This document shows, in pieces, positions 1 to 12,390 of a stretch of DNA of 64,000 bases; positions within the stretch are counted from its first letter, which is position 1, and every line of letters starts with the position of its first letter. This stretch comes from Proteromonas lacertae (Eukaryota), in contig NGBS01001162.1 in NCBI GenBank assembly GCA_002245135.1, positions 186,001-250,000 of the forward strand, written 5' to 3'. Under the pieces are notes generated by a model that was not told the DNA's origin, ran no database searches, and saw only the letters and a program-made list of their open reading frames with translations. A program made the translations under genes and the position numbers.

Positions 1-456
1 GTAAGGATTATATTTTTATCTGTTCCACCTGATACAATATAATGATAATCATTAGGAAAGAACTTACAACAAATTATATTGCTACCAGAATGATGATTAG
101 GTAAATTAAGAAATGGTAAATCAGGATATTTGTAAGGTCCATCTTCTATATATTCTGGAGTTGGTAATAATTGTTCTTCTTTTGCAGAAATGGATTCAGG
201 ACATTTAACTAATAAAATATTGTATTTTGATTCCAACTCTCTGTATTGATCATTCAATTCTTCAATCTAACACTTCAGTTAAATAAATAACATATACTTG
301 TCTTGAATGAGCATATTTTAAATGTTCTATTTGTTTTTGAAGATCAGAATTAGTTGTTTCTAACAACTTGATTTTTGATAAATACCCTTGTATCATTAAT
401 TTTACTTTTTCTGGATCTTCAGGGATATTGTCCATCATAATATCACTATTTGACAT
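1..456 (-). CDS. Coiled-coil + WD40-repeat protein (5' part; runs off the window start)
   Basis: ATG at 456; removing the 31-nt GT-AG intron 297-267 gives a continuous frame: a coiled-coil N-terminus, then HHSGSNIICCKFFPNDYHYIVSGGTDKNII (WD40-like). Confidence 0.7.
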
Positions 457-488
457 TTAATTATAAGAAGAAAAGAGATTTTTTAAAA

Positions 489-495
489 TCAAGCC
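489..495 (+). promoter_or_regulatory. Candidate core-promoter element TCAAGCC in a 59-nt divergent intergenic region
   Basis: The same heptamer lies 12-59 nt upstream of four start codons (489, 7424, 52141, 56054). Confidence 0.45.
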
Positions 496-515
496 AAACC
501 TTTTTCATTTTTTTA

Positions 516-1587
516 ATGAAGGATTTTGCAAAAAGGAAGACACGAGGGGTTCGTATGAACCAATTAGTAGGTGAAGAGAAACAGGAAGATGATTCTTTTT
601 GGAATCAAGAAGCATTTCAAGAAAAAGGTGATGATGATGACTTTACTTCTAGTGATGAATGTATTTTACATTCATAAAATATACAATTTGTTATAGCAAG
701 CGATACAGATTCAGTAGATTCAGATTTTGATGATCCAGAAGTGGATGAAGTATTAGAAGTGGATGAATCAGAGGAGAAAAGGCTAAATAAAAAAGTATGT
801 TTTGTAATATATTAAAATTTAGACAAAAAATAAATCGAAATATATAGATCCAGCCAAATTAAGAAGTCGTCCAAAACTAATGCCAAAAGAGCCAAAAGTA
901 AAAAGACCAGCGCCTGAAGTAAATAATGTGAATAGAGTAATATCAATGAGAGCATCCACTGCTGATAAAGTAGCAATATCAAAAATAAGAAGACAATTGG
1001 ATGATGAAGAAAAAGAATTTTGTGTATATTTTTATATCTTTATTATATATATAGACACATTATCGTCGTGTAACAAAGAAGAAGAAGAGATATACGCAAA
1101 ACCAAATGATCCAAGAAGCAGTGCGTAATGAAGCAATCAATAAAAGATCATTAGAAATTATGTTAAATTATGAAGAAGCCTCAAAACAACAAGCTCCACC
1201 TATTAAAAGATTAGCAACAGAGTCTAATATTAGATATTATTCTAAGAAAGGTTATCCTACAACAATAACATTTGAGAATATGACAGAATATCCATCAATA
1301 TTTAGAGAACATAATAATATTTCGTGTATTTATATATAATATACTTTGAATTTATTGTTTTATTTTATTTAGATGTTGAGCCATTGAAGTGTGTTATAAC
1401 TGGTAAAGTTGCTCATTATCGTGATCCAGCCACTGGTGAACCTTATTATGATTTAGGTGCATATAAAGAATTAGTTAGAAGAAGAGAAGAAATGAAAAGA
1501 ATATATAGTATGAAGAATGATGAAAAGAATGTGAAAGTGAGTGGACTTGGTTTTTCTAATAGTACTTTACCTCTTGTTCCTAGTTAG
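516..1587 (+). CDS. VPS72: Vps72/YL1/Swc2 subunit of the SWR1/SRCAP complex (4 introns)
   Basis: N-terminal RKTRGVRMNQLV..E..DD.F plus acidic SDFD, central TQNQMIQEA..NE..N..SL, and YL1_C motif CVITGKVAHYRDPATGEPY. The exons join in frame through canonical GT-AG introns. Confidence 0.88.
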
Positions 1588-1689
1588 AACTAAATTATTT
1601 AGTTATTTATACTTTTTTTCATTTTGTTGGTGTGTGAAAATAAAATACTTGAAACGGATATTTTTTCTTATTTTTCATTTCATTTTTTA

Positions 1690-2514
1690 ATGTATAACAC
1701 TCCATCTTTCTTACAAGAAGATCACTTAACATCTTCTTCAAACTCTCAACTTATATCTGGGAGTATGATTTTACTTAAATAATTATTATAGACGGATATC
1801 AAGATTATAGTTATAGTAACTATTATTCGCAAATTCCACTTTCAGTTCCAAATCAAGATGAAATAATTCAGCAACCAATTAAGCGAATTAGACTAGAAGA
1901 ATCAAAATCTACTTATACTGTATATATATAATTACAATAATATATAGGAACAAATTGAAAAGATTGATAGAATGAAAATAAATGATGCAATAGATGAAGG
2001 GATCAAAAGATTCTATTTACAAGTTTCTAAACATTCAATGACTATCCCAACAAGACAAGAAATTGAACATAACCCAGAAATATATTATCCAATAATGTGT
2101 AGTTTATTAGAATGTTATGGATGTAAATATCATGACAATCAAGCAACAGTAAGTGGAAGAGGAACAGCAACATCATTGACACAAAAATTAGATGGAGTAT
2201 TTAAGAAAATTGCAATTGTATAATAATGTTTATTTAATAAAATAAATATTAGAGCGAAAAACAGTGGAGAAAAGATCAACTTAATCCAGAGTTTACTGAT
2301 TTAAGAAAAGCTTGGCGAAGGCTTGTCTATTCATATTGGCCAAAAGTAGCACCAGATATTCCATTTCCTGATGATTTGAGACATTTTAAATACTATAAAC
2401 CAATTCACGATATTGTAGTTAGTTGTGATTTAAAAGAAAAGAAAGTAACAAATGTTTTGGTATTATTAAAAGCTTTAGGAAAATTTGAATTAGAAAAACC
2501 ATTCTATCATGTTG

Positions 2515-2548
<34 letters not shown>

Positions 2549-4018
2549 ATTATCTTAGATAAAAAGTGGACATATTTCACATGTTAAAGGTATTGATATT
2601 CAATATTATCCTTTGCAAGATAAAGATAAACAATGTGAAATGTATTTAATATCATTTCATACACAACCAATTATAGTTGGTAAAATAACGAATAATATAA
2701 ATATCTGTCCAAATTTACAATTAGTAAAACATCAATTAAATTCATCTTCAAATATATCTTATTTATTTTGGTTAGTTGGGATTTCTAACAGTTATACAGG
2801 TTTACAAGGTCAGAGAGATATGGAGAATATATTATCATTATTATCAAATAGTTTACAAATTAGTAATGATAATATAATGTTTTTATCTTGTGGAGTTCCA
2901 TTTGTACCAATTAATTGTATTAATTATACTATTATTATATATATATAAATATATATATAGTTGAATTATTATTTCAAACAATTCCATTGCTAATTAATAA
3001 TTTAAGAAATAATAAATCAGAGATTCCTAAAGATATAAGCGCTAATGATTCTGTACATCCAACAGAGTTTGTTATTACATTGACATTATTGAATAGCGAT
3101 TATGATTTTACTATTGCAGGAATATGTAATATTAACGTATTATTTAATAGTAATAATTATTATATATATATGTAGAATAAATTCAATAAAGACATTAATC
3201 TAATTCAACAAATCAATTTGATTATAATTACTGATTCTCGAGTTCCGCATGAAATATTATCATCAATCTTATCAAGAATATATCAGGAGATAATCGATCC
3301 AATACAAATAAGTGGTGAAACATCACCCAATGATGCTGTATTACTAATATCAACAGGAGCATCAAGTATTTTCATTATTATATTGTTTAATAATATATAT
3401 ATGTTTCTATAGATATTGATATTGATATAAATAATGCAACAGAAATAGATCAATTATCAACAGGAATATTGAATGTCTGTTATGAATTGGTTTTAAATCC
3501 ATTAATTAACCATTCAAATAGGAAAATAATTACTATTGAAATTGATGGTGTTTCAAAATATGAAATTGGTAGAGAATTGGCTAATAAAATAGCAGATGAT
3601 TCTTTATTAAAATCAATGTATATATATATATATATATATGAATATGAATATTTATATTTACAGATTAACACAAAAGAAACCTCGATTTCCATATGAAATC
3701 ATCTTGAATTTGATTGGATCTTCATTGAATTTGATTCATTATGATTTGAACAGAACTGTACTGTCTTTGAAGGATAATAATAAAGAACAAATAGTCTTTG
3801 CGAATGGTACTCTTCTACCAGAGCAAACTTGGTTGATTAATGCAAGAGATATAATGTCATCTTTGAGATATACAATTAGAATAAAATTGAGCGATGAAGG
3901 GATGATAGTTAAAGCATATTGTAGAGAGACTCCTATCCGTAGTATTAAGAAGTTATATAACGATGAAATGTCTACTAATTCTACCGAAAATATTCCTCTT
4001 AGAACTGACCTTGTTTAG
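1690..4018 (+). CDS. Unknown N-terminal domain fused to a degenerate ArgJ/ornithine acetyltransferase-like fold (8 introns)
   Basis: The frame is continuous after removing introns starting at 1763, 1920, 2218, 2514, 2917, 3137, 3366 and 3618. ArgJ motifs appear in order: GISNSYTGLQGQRD (~SGNANACTG..G..D), MFLSCGV (~LVASTGV), TIAGIC, IITD, ISGETSPNDAVLLISTG (~VDGDTSTND.VLL.A.G), ITIEIDG..E...LA..IA...LLKS. The catalytic KGSGMI.PNMAT motif is absent. Confidence 0.72.
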
Positions 4019-4138
4019 ATATAAATAATTTAATTTCTTGTAATTTAGTGTATTTTAGTTTATTTTTAATTTCTAAATATAGATTCGTTACAAATGACAA
4101 TACGAGTGTCATTGTGGTAATTTTGTTGTTTTGAAAAT

Positions 4139-7100
4139 ATGAAGCATTCCTCCAAAGATTATTTTGTATATACTTCGATATATCATTTTAGGAGGATGAC
4201 TTCGAAGATGTAGGGATAAGAATGGGTGAGGACAAAGAAAATCCTTACGCTATTTATGATAAGCTTGGTATTCCTTATCCATTACCTCTGATTAAATCGG
4301 ATAAACCAGAAGATGTTAAACATGTATTTATAGATTATTGTAGTAATTAAATAGCGTCCTATATACAGTTATCCAAATCCATTACCTAGTATTGACCATA
4401 TAAGATGGAATCCAGCATCTCCTATAATGACATACGATAAGTACAAAACAATTATTATTAATTTGTTTATAGAAATCGATGTGAAGCTCTTAAAGAGTTT
4501 TCTATATCTATGATAGGTCATAGTTGTGGAGATATTCAATATTACCCTATCTACACATTTCCATATTATAAAACTAGGGTATTTGACTCAATTATACCAG
4601 TTTGTGAAGAAGATTCAGCTGGATTTAATCTATCAATTCATTTTTCATCAGAATTTGAATCAGGCAATTTATACAAAGCATTTCAAGTAAAAGGAAGAAA
4701 TTGCTTTCATTACTGTTCAGCCTCAAGGGATATAGCAGTAAACAACAACAATTATAGTCCTTATCAATTAGAATATGATTTAATATTAAGGGAAGATTTA
4801 TTTACATACGGTAATATACAATGGTACTATTTTATGATAACTGGAGTTCCAAGAGGTTATTCTGTTAAGTTTAATATCATTAATTGGATGAAGCCTGATT
4901 CATTGTATAACCAAGGAATGCAGCCGTTAGTATATCATGAATTGTTATCAAAGAAATCAGAGATTGGATGGATTAGAGGTGGATATGATATTTGTTATTA
5001 TAAAAATGGTTTGAAGTATAAGAAGAAGAAATCTAAAGCTTTATATTCGTTATCATTTATGTATTCTTTTTTTTTTTATGTTTTTTTGTGTATATAGTTA
5101 TCAATTTAATAGTTCTCCAGATGATTTTGTTTATTTTGCCTATTGTTATCCGTATGTAATATATATATTATACATATAATATATAGATATACATATACTA
5201 ATTTACAGTCATTTATAAGCGAGATTGTATCAGATCCATCCACATCTTGTTATATCAGAAGACAGACTCTTACAAAATCATTAATTGGAAATACAGTAGA
5301 TTTATTAACAATAACAGAACCAACTCAAAATGTTGATGAGATTAGAAAAAGAAAAGGAATATTTATCTCAGCAAGAGTTCATCCTGGTGAAACTGTTTCT
5401 AGTTTTATAATGGAAGGAGTAATTAAATATTTATTATCAAATGATAATCCTATTGCTAAGGTATTTTTTATATTATTAATTTTTTATTTTATTTATTTAT
5501 TGCTATATATAGTATTTAAGAAGTAATTATATATTCAAATTTGTTCCAATGATCAACGTTGATGGTGTAATTCATGGCAATTACAGATGTTCATTATCAG
5601 GAATGGATTTAAATAGAAGATATAGTAAAAGTAATAAAGAATTATATCCAGTCATACATGCAATTGAAAAACTTGTTAATCAATTTAAGGAAGATAGATC
5701 AATTGAATTTTATATCGATTTACATGGGCATAGTAGAAAAATGAATTCTTTTATATATGGCTGTAGTAGTGACAGTATTTCTATTAAATTATCTGATCAT
5801 GTTGTATATGTTTCACCTCAAGAAACAAGAATATATCCTTTACTATTAGAGACTATTTGTGATTATAAAACTCCAAGTATTGATATATTATATTTATATA
5901 TATATAGAAGGATATTTCAGTTTTGATGATTCAAGATTTATTGTTCAAAAATCAAAGAAAAATACAGGAAGAATATATATGTATAATGTAGGAATAAAAT
6001 ATCCAATGACAATTGAAACATCATTATGTGGAAATGGAAATACAGATAAAACTCCAAAAGGGTTAAACATACCACCAACTCAATTCAGAATAATTGATTT
6101 AAAGAAATTAGGTTATAAAATAATTGAAACATTATATTATTATGATGAATATAAAATTAAAAATACATCAATATTTGATCACCCAATTATTGATATGGAT
6201 GAAGATACACTATTTGAACATACAACATCATCTTCAACAACATCTCCAATAAAATCATCCACTGATAAGTTATCTCCACCTAAATTTACTTTAGATTATA
6301 TAAATAGTAGAATATCTAGTTCAATAAAGAATGATTTAGTTGTTGATGATGATGATGATGCAGGTAGTGATAGTGATCCTTCCGAAGATGAAATGGATTT
6401 AGAAGATTTGAATAAAATACCAGAATATAGATCACTTATTCAATCGTATGATTAATTATTATTTATATATATATATAATATTGTTATATAGAAGAAAATT
6501 GCATGAAACAATGAAGAAGAGAAAACATCCAAAAAAGAAGAAGAAACATTTAACAGCAAATATGAAGATTCAAAAGCCATCTTTGAATGGAAATGATGGT
6601 AAAAATTCACATAATAATGTACAGCCCCAATCTCAACCAGCACAAGCTCCTCCTCCTCCACAACAATCTAAACCAAAGAAACACAGTAAATCACACAGTA
6701 TATATAATTGTATTTATCATATAAATAGGAAAATTGGAGATTGAAAAGATTGATCCATTCCCTCTTGTATATATTAATAATTTATAAAAATAATAATATG
6801 AATAGAAAGAAGATGATATGGATTATGAAGTATGGCTTAGAACAAAGAAATTAGAAAGAATGAGTTTTAATACTAATTCAGTAACTCCAAGATATATGAG
6901 AATAAGTGAAAAGTATTTACCTTCAAAACCACCCAGAGCACTTTCTACTGAGCCTTTGATTATTAAGTATTATATTAATCTATATATGTATATTAGACCT
7001 GTGAAACAGAAGATGATTGAGTTAGGATCACCATTATATAAGAATTCAGTATAATTGTTGTCTGTTTATATTTTTAGGCAGGATCATTTCGTGGACCATC

Positions 7101-7328
7101 ACCCATTGTTACATATTCACCAGTTAGAAGAGACAAAAGATCAGCTAGAGAGGAATTTCTCGAGAGAATGGAGAAAGAAAGAAAAGCAGTGTTCGCTTCT
7201 CTTCCAATATCTAATGCTACTCTAATAAAGTATGATTATTTAATGAATTATATATAAATAGTACAAATGAGAAATCTGAAAGAAAGAGACATATATCTCC
7301 TAGATCTCATAGTCAACAGTATGCTTAA
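4139..7328 (+). CDS. Cytosolic carboxypeptidase (CCP/AGBL, M14D tubulin deglutamylase family), intron-rich
   Basis: Motifs FESGNL, QWYYF, YFAYCYPYTY (spliced), ARVHPGE, PMINVDG..GNYR..SG.DLNR, DLHGHS and TIET. Low-complexity basic C-terminal tail. All junctions GT-AG. Confidence 0.9.
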
Positions 7329-7423
7329 CATAATTAAGATATAATTTCATTAAATAATCAATTATTGATAATAATATTTCTATTTTAAAATATATATTCG
7401 TTTTTGATTCGGCAAACTCATAA

Positions 7424-7430
7424 TCAAGCC
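7424..7430 (+). promoter_or_regulatory. Candidate core-promoter element TCAAGCC
   Basis: 12 nt upstream of the Mis18 ATG at 7443; recurrent motif. Confidence 0.45.
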
Positions 7431-7442
7431 AATACATAATAA

Positions 7443-7946
7443 ATGAATAAAACAGATAATATAGCAGTTTTTCAATGTAGATATTGTAATTCAATTATAG
7501 GTGATAGCTTTTCACTCGTTACAGTTGATGATATAGGCCATACACTTACTTTGTCAAGTATTTTGTTCATTTCTAAAAATAGATGTAATTAATTGTATTG
7601 AAACTCGTGAAAATAAAATATTGGAAAATGATAAAGAAAATCCTACCATATATCGAGAGATTAAATGCAAATGTGGTCAAACAATAGGAATTATACATAT
7701 ATCAGTTGGTATTAAAGATAAAGAATTATTAAGAAAATATACATTTGATTCAAAGAATATAGTTACTTATCAACTCCATAATTCAATAGAAGAAGGTATT
7801 TTTATTTCAATATTTTATTTATTATAGATAGTAAAATTGAAAATAATCAAATAAATCGTGAAAGAAACATTTTAGGTGAATTTCAGTATCTGTTAATAAG
7901 TTTGACTGAAAGAATTGAAAAGATAGAATCACATCTAAATATTTAA
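7443..7946 (+). CDS. MIS18: Mis18 (Yippee/Mis18 zinc-binding) kinetochore protein (2 introns)
   Basis: VFQCRYCNSIIGDSF ... IKCKCGQTIG ... LRKYTF....IVTYQL, followed by a short C-terminal helix. The first intron (7558-7582) is 25 nt. Confidence 0.78.
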
Positions 7947-8065
7947 TAAAACCAATAAAAAGAAATCAATAAATAATTAATAAATATTAATCTTTTATGT
8001 TTATATATATATATTTATTTATTTAATTATACAAAAGAAAGAAACAATATTAAACATTTCTTCTT

Positions 8066-8919
8066 CTATGCTTCTGTTTCTTCTTCAATTGAGTCAGTTC
8101 TAATTCTTCTACCAGCATCTTCATCATGAACGCTTCTTCTTCCCACTAAACTCTCTATTAATTGAACTCTCTTTATATCTTCTTCTAATGAAGTATTATC
8201 TGATACTTTTTTATCAATTGTACTATCTGGAGGTATTATATATCCTTTTCTCACTATTGAATTTCTTACTGCTCTAAATGCTAAATTCCCTTCCTTCTTT
8301 CTTATTGGATCTCTTACTGTAACATTTTGTAAAAATTCAGCTTCTTCTCTTTGTTTTTCAGTCAATTCAACTTGTTTATCGGTAAATACAGGGTTAGGAT
8401 TCAACGCTGAACTTACTCTAACAGCTCTAAATCCACTCTTCATTGGACCAGCTTTTACTATACCATTATTTCCATCTTTTGATGCAGCACGAGGTCCTAG
8501 TTTGTAACCACCTTCTACTGGACGTGTTGCATGGTCTGGATTTAATGAATATGGACCAAAACTATCACCAAATGAAACTCTCATTGGATTATTGTTTGAT
8601 TGTGTATTCACTGGAGATAGTATTTCATCAACTTTTTCTTTGCTTTTAAATTCTTCAAATTCGTTCTGCATCTTGGATTCTTGTATATTATTATCATTAA
8701 GTTTTGATTCTTCTATTTTACTATATTTATTTTCGTCTACAACTTTTTTATCATTATTTTCAACTTCTGGTGATATTTTCTTGTCATTACTACGACTGTC
8801 TTCATGAATATTAGCTTGTTCAACCTTTGTTTGGGTTGTAGATTTGTCAGAAAACTCTCCATTCACTAGAATATATTGTCAAAAAATCAAATACCTGGAG
8901 CACTGCAAAAAGATCCCAT
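8066..8919 (-). CDS. Hypothetical protein with predicted N-myristoylation/palmitoylation (MGSFCS), 1 intron
   Basis: ATG at 8919 gives MGSFCSAP; a GT-AG intron joins it to the 266-aa ORF. Short internal repeats (GFRAVRVS / AFRAVRNS). Confidence 0.65.
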
Positions 8920-9013
8920 TTCTTTATTTTTAAAACAGTTTTATGATCAAGCTTTTTGATTTGGATCAGATCCTGTCTTTCTTATTTTGATTTATTCATT
9001 TAAATATCTTCTG

Positions 9014-11162
9014 ATGCAAAGCACTGACAGTACGTCTGATTATTGCTTTGATGTTAATGCGTTGAGTCCAGCAGATTTCAATGTCAATGCTTGGGTTGAA
9101 GCAGTTTCTGCAAGTATTCCTTTAGAAGTCATTCAAAGAGATTTATCAAAATATTACGAGTCAATAAAAACTCAATTGATAGATTCTGTTAATCATGATT
9201 ATGCTACCTTTGTTGAATTATCTTCAAAGCTTAAACAGATTAAACAAGGCCTTGATTCATTGGAAGTACCCTTAAAATATGCAAAAATGCAATCCGATGA
9301 AGTTTCGCAGAATTTACTCTCAGTTCAAACAACATTTTCTTCATTAATCCAAAGACATAAACAATTACAACAACAAAAACGTGTTTTAGAACTATTCACT
9401 AATATAGAACAACTCTTATCAAAATGTGAAGAATTGTTAAATATAAATCCAATGACAATGGATGTATTACAAAGACTATCACGATTAATATATCAATTAA
9501 CAGTATTTATATCTCAAGCCAAAATAAACCAGTCATTAGGTCCAATTACAAGCAGATTTGAAATGTGTAAACAATCATTATTAAACCATTTAGATGGGTT
9601 GTTATTGTCTTATGTTGATAAACTTACCCATATTGATTTAGCATTTACTCCAAACCGAAGAGATTTACAATTATTATTTAGATGTTATGTAGCAAGTGTT
9701 AATAGAAAACATGTTGAAAATATTATAAGAGAACAAGTGGTTATACCAATTTCTACAAAATTAATTACTCAAGAATCATTGGATGAAAATGTTAGACATA
9801 GTTATAACGGATTGTCTAAAATATTGGATAATCTTTACAGTTATGCATCCAATCAATTTAAAGCGTTTAATGATTTAGCCAATCAAATTGCAGATCCAAT
9901 TGATCCTCAAAGAAGAGCTTTTGATTTTTATAATAACAGTTTATGGAGAGGAATTACTGAACATTTTATGCAGAATTTCAATGAATTATTTTCACCACCT
10001 GTAATGTCTCAATTTCATACAATTTATTCATTATTTGTGAATTTCTATGATAAATTGTCAGCTTTAAATCCAAACCATTCTAATAGTATTAACAACTTTG
10101 TATCACCTTGGACTGCTAAATTCATGAAGAAATTTAATGTATTATATATATATTATTATTATTTGAATAGTTTACTATCTATTCTACAGTAATATTACAA
10201 GATTATAAAACGAAATTTATATCCAAGTGCAATGAAGAAAAGATAGGTTTATCAACAAATAATAAATTAAAATACAATTTAGACGTTTCTAATTTATTAT
10301 ATGAAATATTGTACGAGATATTCAGTGAAAAGGTGTTTATATTACCAGTTGTAGATGAATTTGTATTGTTTACTTTTCAACTAATTAGACAATATTCATT
10401 ATGGATTAATCATATAATTGTATATTAATATTATTATTATATATAATAGAATGATGAAAATACTTCAAATGATATATTAACTTCATTATTATTAGATTGT
10501 GACACTCTTTACAACACATTATCAGTTGATATATCCACGTTACTCTCTCAATATATTGATTCTTCATTAATTGAAGATGTAACTGAAAGTTTAAACGAAT
10601 GTCTATCATCAATATTATTATCAAGAAATGAATTGTATGACAGAATAGCTAACTTTATTATTGAAAAGTGTTTAGTTAATTTAGATGGAGTATTATCTAT
10701 TCCTCCTGCTTATAGAATGACTAATAAACCAGGTATACATATATATATATATATATATATATAATATAAATAGCACCATCCACTGCATCTGCTTATGTTA
10801 ATACAATATGTAAGCCAATTGATACATTCCTCTTATCATACAGTGTGAAATTATCATCAGAAATGAAGAACATATTATTTACAAAAATCATTACTGAGAT
10901 AAAGAATACTTATATTGTTAAATCTAAAGATGTTTTAGAGACAATTAAAAAGACTGAAGAAGTGTTAAATAGAAGAAATAAGAAAACTCCAAGACCAAAT
11001 ACTCCTGGAAGTATTTCTGATGGTGCAAAGATGAAAGCACAGTTATATTATGATTTAACTACGTTTAGTAATATAGTGAATAAATATAATATTCAGGTTA
11101 TTAAGCAGGATGAAGAATATCAGAGATTGATACAGTCTTTGTTGCCTGATAAAGAGATTTAA
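9014..11162 (+). CDS. COG2: Conserved oligomeric Golgi complex subunit 2 (3 introns)
   Basis: N-terminal DF...WV..PLE.IQRDL..Y...K.QLI..VN.DYATFVELS; C-terminal YRMTNKPAPSTASAYV (spliced) and SDGAKMKAQLYYD. Confidence 0.88.
10739..10763. repeat. Intronic (AT)n microsatellite; similar tracts at ~2524-2548, ~3619-3639, ~46823-46844
   Basis: Directly visible dinucleotide runs inside predicted introns. Confidence 0.85.
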
Positions 11163-11386
11163 ATTAATTTTTATTCGAAAGGTTTCTTTTTAATAATATT
11201 TTTATGTGGTTGTATTAGAGTAATGAATAGATACAATATTATTTAATTAACAAATAATTTGTCTTTTCAAATGAACAAACAAGTATTTGAAGAACACAAG
11301 TAATATTGTATTAAACAATACTAATATGACAATAATATTATAAAAAATCAACAAGAAAAAAACACAAAATACATTCTAAAATAATT

Positions 11387-11411
11387 GAAGGGGGTGATAT
11401 TTATAACTTCC
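11387..11411 (+). promoter_or_regulatory. Conserved upstream element GAAGGGGGTRATATTTATAACTTCC (copy 1)
   Basis: 24/25 identical to 12291-12315 and about 100 nt upstream of each paralog's ATG, while the flanks have diverged. Contains a G5 run and a TATA-like TTTATAA. Confidence 0.5.
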
Positions 11412-11489
11412 ACTCTTAATTTTGGTTTTTATGATTTTCTTATACAAGTATTTAATTTGTATCAAACCATTTTAGATCTTTATTCTAGG

Positions 11490-11916
11490 ATGTTCTTGTT
11501 TAGATTTCTGGCTATTTTGAGTATAATATTGTATATATATATTTCAAATAGGCTTAACAACAGCTTCATGCACTGTTAAAAGCGATTTGTTAGAGTTTTC
11601 GACTTTAACAGAATCATTTGATAGAGCTGTAACTTGTGAAAGTGATATTGCATCATGTGTCATTGTTCCAAGATTACCACCAGGATTGACTTTATCCTCC
11701 AATTGTGGTATTTCAGGTATATCAAAAAACACTAACTCTCATTGATAGTTAAAACATTTTTTTGGAATAACAGAAGAATGGCCACAGCAATATTGATATA
11801 CAATAAAACAAACAAGAGATATTAGTTATACTGAGGTAGGTGTAAGAGATAATGTAAATTATATAGCTGTAAAGTCATTATGAGAAAATGATTGACATTG
11901 AGAAAACAAATCTTCA
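11490..11916 (+). pseudogene. Truncated, internally deleted duplicate of the giant surface-protein gene
   Basis: ATG 11490, a homologous intron at 11521-11551, and TGA at 11743-11745 (74 aa). The remnant 11839-11916 matches 13391-13471 with Trp TGG codons changed to TGA. Confidence 0.8.
11561..11719 (+). repeat. 159-bp perfect direct repeat of 12465-12623
   Basis: Base-by-base comparison at an offset of 904. Confidence 0.9.
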
Positions 11917-12290
11917 AAGGATGTAGTTAAATATTTGTTGAGATTTATAATCCATCTTTAATAAATTGACTGTAACTATTTAATGTATAAAGATTACTAA
12001 AAATGAATTTATATTATGGATAATTATCTTATTCGCTGTAAAGAGTTGTAGAATATTACCTTTATTAAACTTGATGAATAGAAAATCGGATATTATCAGT
12101 GAAACATTACCAAAAATGTATTTTTCATGTGAATATTATATACAATAATTACAGTCACTCATCTGGAAATTAGTAATAAAATTCAAAAATAATCTCAATA
12201 TATGTAGTAAATATCATTACAATTACATGCAAGTAATATAATAAAGAATAAGCAAGAAATAAACAAAAAATACAAAACAAAGATATTTTG

Positions 12291-12315
12291 GAAGGGGGTA
12301 ATATTTATAACTTCC
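12291..12315 (+). promoter_or_regulatory. Conserved upstream element GAAGGGGGTRATATTTATAACTTCC (copy 2)
   Basis: See copy 1; starts 100 nt upstream of ATG 12391. Confidence 0.5.
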
Positions 12316-12390
12316 TTTATAATATTTGGGTTATATATATTGCTTATACTTTTTAAAGGTTTGTATTTACTCATTCAAGATCTTTATTCT

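Noticed and set aside
450..7827. Many short separate ORFs with hydrophobic I/Y/F-rich ends that look like small membrane proteins
   Set aside because: The tails are translated AT-rich introns; the ORFs splice into four genes.
11200..12290. Mobile element or ncRNA in the longest non-coding stretch
   Set aside because: No terminal repeats, transposase/RT remnants or GC-rich structured segment seen; much of it is explained by the decayed duplicate.
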